Source of the DNA: Octopus sinensis
Taxonomy: Eukaryota
DNA: 13,127 nucleotides
Assembly: GCF_006345805.1 (NCBI RefSeq)
Contig: NW_021826304.1
Coordinates: forward strand, 1 to 13,127
Direction: 5' to 3'
In this document: in pieces, positions 1 through 7,789 of the stretch
Layout: each line of letters opens with the position of its first letter
Position numbering within the stretch: position 1 is the first letter of the stretch
Notes under the pieces: generated by a model
Seen by the model: only the letters and a program-made list of their open reading frames with translations
Database searches by the model: none
Told to the model about the DNA's origin: nothing
Made by a program: the position numbers and the translations under genes

Positions 1-309
1 GAACTATGCGAAACTGGATTTTCTACTTCATATTTATGCGAAACTGGATTTTCTGCACTAGCTGCAATAAATCTAAATATCGAACTCGTTTAGTAGTGAC
101 TAATGAGCTAAGAGTAGCACTCTCTGCGATGACACCAAGATTTGAAAAACTTTGCGCCAGATGGAAAAAAAATTATCTCATTAACTTTTTGTTTTAAAAA
201 ATTGTTTTTGATAAAATAATAATTGTATTATATTATGGAATATAAAGGGAGGCGCAAGATTGTACTTTTTCTCTAAGGGAGGCGCGTAAAAAAAAGCTTG
301 AAACCTCTG
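1..309 (+). mobile_element. 3' end of a Buster/Charlie-family hAT DNA transposon (transposase C-terminal remnant and right TIR)
   Basis: Frameshift-corrected translation FSTSYLCETGFSALAAI-KSKYRTRLVVTNELRVALSAMTPRFEKLC matches the hATC dimerisation-domain motif of Buster/ZBED-type transposases. Subterminal repeat AAGGGAGGCGC occurs at 245-255 and 275-285. The end GCTTGAAACCTCTG (reverse complement CAGAGGTTTCAAGC) is Charlie-like and is followed by CTTTAAAG (310-317), which fits the nnnTAnnn Buster target consensus. Confidence 0.85.
5..54 (+). repeat. Local duplication of 20 bp (TATGCGAAACTGGATTTTCT, 30-bp period) in the hAT remnant
   Basis: Identical copies at 5-24 and 35-54. Confidence 0.9.
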
Positions 310-359
310 CTTTAAAGTGTTTCACACAATTCACGTCATCTTAATAATAAAATGGTATG

Positions 360-396
360 GTGTGTGTCTGTCTGTCTGTCTGTCTGTCTGTGTGTG
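360..396. repeat. (TG)n/(TCTG)n microsatellite near the Helitron 5' end
   Basis: tgtgtg(tctg)6tgtgtg is directly visible. Such repeats are typical of invertebrate Helitron 5' ends. Confidence 0.95.
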
Positions 397-416
397 CACA
401 CAACTTCAAATGGCAA

Positions 417-1024
417 TACGATGTCCTCGACTTACATGATGAGGTCCTTAAAACCTTCCCCCCAAAAAAATTAAAAAAATTTTCTGCATTTTGGTCAAAT
501 GAACAACTACGATGTCCTCGACTTACATGATGAGGTCCTTAAAAACTTCCCCCAAAAAAATTAAAAAAAAATTTTCTGCATTTTGGTTAAAATGAACAAC
601 TACGATGTCCTCGACTTACATGATGAGGTCCTTAAAACCTTCCCCCCAAAAAAATTAAAAAAAAATTTTCTGCATTTTGGTTAAAATGAACAACTACGAT
701 GTCCTCGACTTACATGATGAGGTCCTTAAAACCTTCCCCCCAAAAAAATTGAAAAAAAATTTTCTGCATTTTGGTTAAAATGAACAACTACGATGTCCTC
801 GACTTACATGATGAGGTCCTTAAAACCTTCCCTCCAAAAAAAAATTAAAAAAAAATTTTCTGCATTTTGGTTAAAATGAACAACTACGATGTCCTCGACT
901 TACATGATGAGGTCCTTAAAACCTTCCCCCTAAAAAAAAATTTAAAAAAAATTTTCTGCATTTTGGTTAAAATGAACAACGCGAATGTCCTCGACATTCA
1001 TGATGAGGTCCATTAAAACCTTCC
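417..1024 (+). repeat. Tandem array of ~91-96 bp units (6 full copies and 1 diverged partial copy) inside the Helitron
   Basis: Unit TACGATGTCCTCGACTTACATGATGAGGTCCTTAAAACCTTCC(C)n(A)nTT(A)nTTTTCTGCATTTTGGTTAAAATGAACAAC starts at 417, 508, 601, 695, 789, 885 and ~981. Length variation is almost all in homopolymers. Confidence 0.97.
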
Positions 1025-1233
1025 AGGCAAAAATCTCACGTATTAAGAATATCCTTGATGAAAACGACAGCGAGAATATTAACAATGATGAACTCCCAAT
1101 TATTCGCGATAAAGAAATTCAATTCATCCTATGTTTTTCTCTTTAAAATTAAATGCATATATCATTATCGACCATGAATCAAAATTAAAGCTATTATCAT
1201 ATTTGACTTTGACAGAATGTGCAATCACAGATT

Positions 1234-1436
1234 GCACGACTTTGAATAGAGTGTGCAATTAACAGATTTTGAAAAACCACTTTGATAGTTGAAACCACAT
1301 TAGCACAATCATTAACACAATTTACCACCAATTGACGCACGACCTTGAATAGAGTGTGCAATTAACAGATTTTGAAAAACACTTTGATGGTGAAACCACA
1401 TTAGCACAATCATTAACACAATTACACCAATTGACA
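1234..1436 (+). repeat. Tandem duplication, two copies of ~103 bp
   Basis: GCACGAC.TTGAATAGAGTGTGCAATTAACAGATTTTGAAAAAC...CCAATTGAC starts at 1234 and 1337. Confidence 0.93.
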
Positions 1437-1481
1437 GCGCAATCTGAAGAATTTGCGTAAAAATATTCACTACTTAGTTAT

Positions 1482-1717
1482 GTTTTTCGTAAAGATAGAA
1501 TTTATTTTCGGTATGTCTCTTTTCCTAAACTTTTTTATTATTCAAAAATAATTTTTTCAATAGATAACCGAAGGAGGGAAGACGACCTTAAGAAAATAAG
1601 TTTTTCGTAAAGATAGAATTTATTTTCTGTATGCCTCTTTTTCCTAATATTTTTTATTATTCAAAAATAATTTTTTAAATAGATAACCGAAGGAAGAAAA
1701 ACGAAGCTGAAGAAAAA
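1482..1717 (+). repeat. Tandem duplication, two copies of ~118 bp
   Basis: GTTTTTCGTAAAGATAGAATTTTATTTTC...TAGATAACCGAAGGA...AAGAAAA starts at 1482 and 1600. Confidence 0.93.
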
Positions 1718-1805
1718 ACGGGCACCTTAAGGTAATTAATTAAATCTTTTTGTGTGTCGCTTTTTTGGCTGCTGCTACTCTGCCTGCCCATTTCCGCCAG
1801 TGGTT

Positions 1806-2186
1806 TTATTACGAAATCTTGCGCCACCTAAATTATGCAACGGTACGAGGTTAGTTATCAAAATTTAATGGCTAACGTAATAGAGGCGACGATATTAACA
1901 GGTAGTATAGAGGTGAGGATGTTTATATTCCACGAATTCCGATAATTTCTGATGAATTACCATTTAGATTAAAAGGATGCAATTTCCTTTGAGGATGAGT
2001 TTTGCAATGACATAAACAAGGCCCAGGGACAGTCATTAAAGGTAGTTGGGTTTTTTTAGAGAGTGAGTGCTTTTCACATGGACAGCTGTATGTGGGATGC
2101 TCGAGGGTAGGCAGAAGAGAAAATTATTCATATATGCCAAGGAAGGACGGACGACAAACATCGTTTATCAACAGGCGATAGAATAG
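1806..2186 (+). pseudogene. Helitron Rep/Helicase C-terminal (PIF1-like helicase) remnant, frameshifted
   Basis: Pieced translation LLRNLAPPKLCNGTRLVIKNLMANVIEATIL...[42 protein letters not shown]...CFSHGQLYVGCSRVG...TTNIVY contains the hallmark PIF1/Helitron motifs. Confidence 0.93.
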
Positions 2187-2374
2187 GGTTACATTAAACC
2201 AGGTAGTTTTATACATCTACATAAACTTATAGTGTTTGATGAAACAGGCCTCCGCAGGAGCTAGGTCGCGGTGAGCGAAGCGAGCTGCCGAGCTAGTTTA
2301 AAATATGTTTTAATGTCCTTATCAGTCAAAATGTTTTGTATTAAAAATATTATTTTAATTTATTTATTTTAAAG

Positions 2375-2906
2375 CATCTAGAATGTCGGCAAAAAGAAGT
2401 GCGAAAATTTTACCATATAGGATCGAATCTATCCGTAGGAACCACTCGTTTCTGTACCTGGGAGTCCAATTTTCCGAAAACGGAAGGTGTGAGGAAGATA
2501 TCATCCTAAGAAAAAACGGTCCACACAAATGATCAAGTGCCTGATCAAATTCCGCCTACCCCCAGATACTGTGCTATTCATCTTCCGGGCAGCTATCCTT
2601 CCAGTACTGATGTATGGGCTGGAAGGGTGGATTTGTCCCCCTCCATGGCAAGAATTATAAAACTGCTGGAGAAAACGAGGAGATTAGCGCTCAAGGTGGC
2701 CTTCGGCGTAAATCTAAGAGAGAAAATACCGAGCTGGCGCGAAGTCTTTCCTATGATTGGCGAGCTTGTTGAAACCCAATTACAAAAGTTCATAGGGAAG
2801 AGAAGAAAATAGCCCCGGACGACCCTGTGTGTAAGGCCACTACTGGCCCTTAATTTCTTTAATTTCCGACATCCCTTTACAAAATAAACCCTTATCTATC
2901 TATCTA
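2375..2906 (+). mobile_element. 5'-truncated non-LTR retrotransposon (LINE) 3' end
   Basis: Frameshifted RT C-terminal motifs FLYLGVQFSENG...AILPVLMYGLEGW...LEKTRRLALKVAFG. Ends with AATAAA (2883-2888) and a (TATC)n tail (2893-2906). The 5' boundary is approximate. Confidence 0.82.
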
Positions 2907-3554
2907 AATTTTATAACCTTATGATTAAGTTAAATTTTATAAATACCGGATATATTACGTAAACAATTGTCCAGAATTCAAGAGACTGATGCAGCCACCT
3001 TTATTCAACAAGAAGTGCAAAATACTAGAAGTAATTATAAAGAAACGTCGAAACTGAATAGTCCCTTGTGCAAACCTATAACACAAGAAGAAATAAATAC
3101 TGCGATAAAAAGTTGCAAAAATAAAGCACCAGGATGGGATTTTATCCCAATGAGTGTATCTTCAGAATGCGGACCAGATTTTAGTTGGATACTAAAAATA
3201 TATTATACAATTCTTCGTGGAGTTTTGGACATGTTCCGTCGACCTGGAAACGAACAATTGTACGTATGGTCGTGAAAAAAGGAAAGCCTAAGTCAAAAGC
3301 AGATAGCTATAGGCAATTAGCTTAATCTGCTCAATTTCGAAAACTATGGAGAAAATTGTTTTCAATCGTCTCTCAAGGCTTATTGAGGATAATAATTTTC
3401 TCTCTGACAATCAATTGGGTTTTCGACATAAAAAAGGGACTGGAGATTGTCTCAGAGAGCTAAAATCTGCAATTGATATTTCGAGGAGAAAAAAGGAATT
3501 TCTTACAATAGCGTGCTTGGATATAACGAAGGCCTTTGACAGTGTTTGGCACTA

Positions 3555-3891
3555 AACAAATATAAAATATAATTCTTTTACCGACAATAAGATGAGTGGA
3601 CACAAAAATAAGGATGAGAAACAAATGGAAGAGAAATCACTTGAGCAAATAAAAGCAATTAATGCACTAAATAAGCACTTTGAGGAGAAAGTTCTCCACG
3701 CGAATTTAATTAATCAAGAAAAACGAGAAGTATGGAAAGAAATTGCTAAGGGGAAGGATGATTACATTATTGGTAGAACAACATCTATACTATCCAAGCA
3801 ATATGGAAACACCGTCCAGTATCTTTTTGAGGAGGCTGATTACAGCGACATGACGGTAGTTTTTGACCCCAAGGACAATTCTTATCAAGAC
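3555..3891 (+). mobile_element. 337-bp foreign insert flanked by a 13-bp target-site duplication
   Basis: GTGTTTGGCACTA occurs at 3542-3554 and 3892-3904. Removing the insert and one copy restores RT ...FDSVWHYGLLDTLSKAGIG... Confidence 0.88.
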
Positions 3892-4011
3892 GTGTTTGGC
3901 ACTACGGACTTCTTGATACGTTGTCAAAAGCAGGAATTGGGAGAACCGCATTATTATGGATGGAAAACTTTCTTTCAAGAAGGAGGTCGTATATACGTGT
4001 TGGAAATTTAA
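3592..4011 (+). CDS. Chimeric 139-aa ORF: ~100 aa of an unknown protein from the insert, then read-through into the LINE RT in an alternative frame
   Basis: Present in the ORF track. The ATG follows an A-rich leader. The first 100 codons (to ...KDNSYQD) lie within the insert. No family recognised. Confidence 0.4.
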   Translation: MSGHKNKDEKQMEEKSLEQIKAINALNKHFEEKVLHANLINQEKREVWKEIAKGKDDYIIGRTTSILSKQYGNTVQYLFEEADYSDMTVVFDPKDNSYQDVFGTTDFLIRCQKQELGEPHYYGWKTFFQEGGRIYVLEI

Positions 4012-4654
4012 TTTCTAAGAAAATTGAATTATGAAGAGAGGTTCCGCAGGGATCAATTCTCAGCCCGCTACTCTTCAATTGTGTAATGACCGAGAGCATA
4101 AATAGTCATATGATTATTTATGCTGATGACATTCTTGTGCTTGATTCAAGCATAAGTAAACAAATTTCATGGAAAAGGATAGAAACCCATATAAAAAATA
4201 TTGGGAGGTAGTGCCTAAACAATGGGTTGACTCTGTTAAGAGAAAAATCAACAGTCACATGGATTGCAAGTAAAAGAAAAAATATCGATGAATATGTAAA
4301 TACAGGAGATATAAAAAACTCTGGAAAACTGGAGTATCTCGGAGTATCGATAGATCGAAAAGGATCTTTTAAGAATCATATCAAAACACGAAGAGAGAAA
4401 GCTACAGGAATGTTGAAATCTTTAACTCGATTTTATTTGGAGCCTGAAAGTTTCCTTTTTGTGTATTCTACATGTATTGAGCCATTCTTGATATATGGCT
4501 ATCAAGGATGGTATAGGTCCTAAGAAAGTAGCATTTTTGTGAAAAAATTGGAAAAGACCAGAAGATTTGCTATTAAATTGGCATTTGGATTGGACTTATC
4601 AAAAATCGAAGATGCTTATGACGTTAAAGTCAGAAGGATAGAAGATTTGTTACA

Positions 4655-5125
4655 TCACTGAATTCCATTAATTCCCTCGCAACCGGCAGCTGTGGTTGTA
4701 TAGACGGACTCCGTCCCGGGCACGTTAAAGACATGCTTTCGCACCAAACCTCTGAGGCTGGCCATTGCTTACTATGCTCCTTAACAGCTCTTACGAACAG
4801 AATCTTGAATGCTGAAATTCCCGAATGTGACTTATTTTTGAAGAAAAAGGAAGGCAGAGTTCGCCCCATTGCAATAGGTTGCTTCTACCGCCGGTTGGCC
4901 TCAAAAGTTGCTTACAGGCAAGCTTCGAAGTTATTGGAATCTGAATTATGCCCAATACAACTTGGAGTCGGCATCCGTGGCGGATATGAGGACACAGTCC
5001 ATTACAACAAGGAGGTTCATTTCCGCCTCACAAAATCGGAAATGGACGATGCCACTATCGGAGGTACTCTCGAATCCGTTCTTGACGATCTGAGAATTTT
5101 AATCCAAGCATTACATGCATTGTGA
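4655..5125 (+). mobile_element. CRE-clade non-LTR retrotransposon RT fragment with internal deletions
   Basis: GSCGCIDGLRPGHVKDM, LKKKEGRVRPIAIGCFYRRLASK, PIQLGVGIRGG and DDATIGG..ESVLDDL resemble CRE/SLACS-type RT motifs. The segment between the 'GG.E..VH' and 'DD' motifs is missing. Confidence 0.8.
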
Positions 5126-5448
5126 AGTTGTTTTAAATACTAAAAAAAGTTTCAGAATATTATAAAAATGATAGGATGAAACAAATATCCCATTAAATTC
5201 CTGGGTTCGAATCTCACTGTCATCGTTTCGGCCGAAGGTTCCATGCATATTTACATGCACCCCGGATTGACGACTGACGCCGTCAACAGTGATACACCAC
5301 TGCAGAACCGGATGTCTATCCCAGCCACAGCTAAAAAGAAAAACAGATGGAGCAGAGACAGATACACTTCGTTTGGATTAGCTAGTTTCTTAATAACATG
5401 TTCTCTCTCTGTCTTGATCTTATGTGGCCGCACAAGCTTTGTCATGAT

Positions 5449-6743
5449 TAGGGCAACCAATTGCAATTTTTTGCAATTAAATATAATTTAATTAAAATTC
5501 GATAAATAATAAAGTAATGAATAGACATTAATTTTAATTATATTTTTATTCGATTTAAATTTGCAATTTTTTGCAATTTTTTGTAGTCATTTTACAATTT
5601 TTTGCAATTTTTTAAATTAAAAAAAATTTTTTTTATTAAAAAATAATATAATTATAAGTAAAAGATTATTAAAACGTGTTTTAGTTGTTTGTTGTAATGG
5701 GTAAAAGGACAGTGTCACAGAAAATTTCATTTTATGCAAAGAAATTCCCCGAGTTTGTTATTGACAGTGAAGGGAATTTATTTTGCTCCAATTGCTCAAC
5801 TGTTTGTACGGTGTGACACAAAATTTTTTGTTGATGCGCACCGTTCTTCAAAAAACATTTAAAAGCACACAGTATTTCTTTGAATTTAAATTTATAGAAT
5901 GGACAAATTCATCTCAGAGTTCACAAACATTCTTTCGGCGATAACGGATACTCGAAAGGATTGGGGGATCAAAGTAACACAAGCGTTTTGGAGGCAAACA
6001 TACCAATTTATAAAATCGTCTATAAAGGCTGCCACAGTCAAAACAAGAGACGTTTGGAGATGTTTTCACGAATCGGAAATCCACCCGAAGTTGTGGTTAC
6101 AAGATGGGAAGCTGGCTAAAGCAGCAGCAAAATATTACTCCCAGAATCTTCCAGAAATTATTAAAATCGTATCTGAATTTGAAGGAGATGGAGTTTTAAT
6201 ACAAAAGTTTAGTTTTTAATTATTTTAGGCCAAAAAATCAGTGAATAATCCTACGTTGTTTCCAAGCTTAACCCAAATCAGTTCAAATTATTTGGGATTA
6301 ATTGAAATGATTTCAAATACTGAATTGCTTGATTACTCCATTGCAACAGCTTATGGTGATCTAAACACCCTAGACTTTACATCAGATCCATGCGACATAA
6401 AATCCTATATATCAAAAAAGCTTGAGAAATCAGGAATACTAAGTATTCTTGAATTCTCAAATAAGAATCTATCGCCAGAAGTTTATTCACATCTCAGAAA
6501 ATGTAGCGCAAGTTCAGCATCTATCGAAGGGCAATATCTCTTTTGACGAAAATTCTTAGTAGAGAGGAACTTTAAACCTGAAAATGTTCAGGAATATTTG
6601 ATTTCCTATTACAATAAATAATTTCGTTAATTTTTGCATAATGTAATGTTTACAATTAAAAAAATTATTTTTGCAATTTTTTACAATTTTTAAAATTCAT
6701 TTTTGCAATTTTTTATTAAAAAGTGCAATTTTTTGGTTGCCTA
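5449..6743 (+). mobile_element. hAT-superfamily DNA transposon (CGGBP1-like transposase), internally deleted, both ends present
   Basis: TIRs TAGGGCAACCAA (5449-5460) and TTGGTTGCCTA (6733-6743). 8-bp TSD GTCATGAT at 5441-5448 and 6744-6751 (nTnnnnAn). Multiple TTGCAATTTTT subterminal repeats at both ends. Confidence 0.92.
5697..6621 (+). pseudogene. Degenerate hAT transposase
   Basis: N-terminal BED-like zinc finger (AKEFPEFVIDSEGNLFCLNC...AHRSSK), PPEVVVTRW-SWLKAA.YY motif, and C-terminal ASSASIE...NFKPENVQEYLISYYNK*. Many frameshifts. Confidence 0.8.
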
Positions 6744-6832
6744 GTCATGATGATCCATGGCATCGCGAAAAGTGCGTCTAATAATAATCCAATTAAATAC
6801 AAAATGAATATCTCTTGGTTTGGATCAGGATA

Positions 6833-7475
6833 TATATAGACATAACAAATCAAATTCATGTAAAATATAGAAAAAGCAAAAAAATATAGAAATAAATATA
6901 AGAAGAAGTGTCCGTTGTGAGTGAAGAGGGGTCATTAAATCGGACATAACTTACTAGATAATCTCACACGACGGTGTATAACTGTTTTAAATCTAGAGCT
7001 AATACATGTGTATAGCTTATCAAAGCGCAATTATTAGAATTAGTTGACTCTGGATAGATTTGCTGAACACAGGCAGTGGCTACGACGTATCAATTAAATG
7101 TCTGCCCCATCAATTTTCGACAATGAGGTAGTAACTTAGGGTTCGATTCCGGAGAGGGAACATGAGAAATGGCTGCCAGATCTATGGATTGCAGCAGGTG
7201 CGTAAATTATCCACTTTTGGCATAAAGAGATAGTGATTAGATTAAAAAAGGTGCCTTTTTTGGTCATTAGATAAAAATAAAAACAAAGATCTCAAAATTG
7301 GGGCAGAGATGATATTAGAAAAAAATTGCCCCTTGCCAAAAGTTTACAAACAAGGAGGCAAAATATACAAAGAAATATACAAACACCAACAAAATATATA
7401 GATATCAGACATAACAAATCAAATTCAGGTAAAATATAGAAAAGGAAAAATGAGAAAGAAATAAATAAGAAAATT
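6833..7475 (+). repeat. Pair of ~70-75 bp imperfect direct repeats (6833-6905 and ~7403-7475) bracketing the 18S fragment
   Basis: AGACATAACAAATCAAATTCA.GTAAAATATAGAAAA.G.AAAAA....AGAAATAAAT occurs at both sites. Confidence 0.85.
6916..7236 (+). rRNA. Dispersed, degenerate 18S rRNA gene fragment (5' domain; pseudogene)
   Basis: Conserved SSU motifs appear in order: TCATTAAATC, ATAACTGT..AAATCTAGAGCTAATACATG, GACTCTGGATA, AAATGTCTGCCC.ATCAA, TAGGGTTCGATTCCGGAGAGGGA, GCAGCAGG.GCG.AAATTA.CCACT, TAGTGA. Internal deletions; no other rDNA nearby. Confidence 0.92.
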
Positions 7476-7789
7476 AAAACAGGCATTAATAGAACTGTTT
7501 TACATAAATTATGAATTATACAAATGGAATATCAATAAAGATTAAAACATGAATGTATGAATACACAATTAACTTATATAATCCCTAGTTACTAGGGATT
7601 TTAAAAGTCATAAATTCATTTAATCTCTATTAAAATAAGTAAAAACACTATAAAGGATATATACAACCAAACACCAACAAATAATCACGTGTAAAAATAT
7701 TTATCAAAAATTATTAATGGGATAACAGAAGAAAATAAAACAATAATTTAATCACAAAATTATAATTGATAGTACCTAATAGGAAACCC

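Larger units (their letters stand above)
339..2296 (+). mobile_element. Non-autonomous (internally deleted) Helitron with both termini
   Basis: Starts TC after host A (338) with TCTTAATAATAAAA, followed by a (TCTG)n microsatellite. Ends with a GC-GAA-GC hairpin and CTAG (2293-2296) before host T (2297). No TSD. Contains the C-terminal part of a PIF1-like helicase. Confidence 0.88.
2950..4630 (+). mobile_element. Decayed LINE (Jockey/I-group-like) reverse-transcriptase region, interrupted by an insert at 3555-3891
   Basis: Motifs appear in order: PITQEEINTAIKSCKNKAPGWD, SYR-ISL, KTMEKIVFNRL, NQLGFR, LDITKAFDSVWH, then after the insert WMENFLSRR, VPQGSILSPLLFN, YADDI, LEYLGVSID, IEPFLIYG, LEKTRRFAIKLAFG. 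Several stops and frameshifts. Confidence 0.92.
5141..6777 (-). pseudogene. Putative host gene exons (unknown product) split by the hAT insertion
   Basis: Joining 6777-6744 to 5440-5360 and splicing a 29-nt GT..AG intron (5359-5331) gives a stop-free frame: ALFAMPWIIMTKLVRPHKIKTEREHVIKKLANPNEVYLCGWDRHPVLQWCITVDGVSRQSGVHVNMHGTFGRNDDSEIRTQEFNGIFVSSYHFYNILKLFL. Confidence 0.55.

Noticed and set aside
417-1024. CRISPR-like array
   Set aside because: The segments between the conserved cores are also repeated, so there are no unique spacers. No cas genes, and the context is a eukaryotic Helitron.
417-1024. Tandem hammerhead ribozymes or box C/D snoRNAs (TGATGAG / ATGATGA motif)
   Set aside because: The hammerhead core needs CTGANGA, a stem II and GAAA; here it reads ATGATGA, with no closing stem and TAAAAC. 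No CTGA box D in the unit.
2593-4869. Minus-strand ORFs 2593-2793, 3790-3978, 3902-4099 and 4630-4869
   Set aside because: Antisense shadows of retrotransposon or insert coding sequence.
5204-5216. tRNA/SINE B-box-like GGGTTCGAATCTC
   Set aside because: No A-box or cloverleaf upstream. It lies in the antisense of a plausible coding exon.
5243-5491. 82-aa plus-strand ORF
   Set aside because: It crosses the hAT boundary and is better explained as antisense of the spliced minus-strand exons.
7138-7152. tRNA T-loop-like GGTTCGATTCC
   Set aside because: It is a conserved 18S rRNA motif within the 18S fragment.
7292-7486. 64-aa hydrophobic minus-strand ORF
   Set aside because: Low-complexity product of A-rich repeated DNA.
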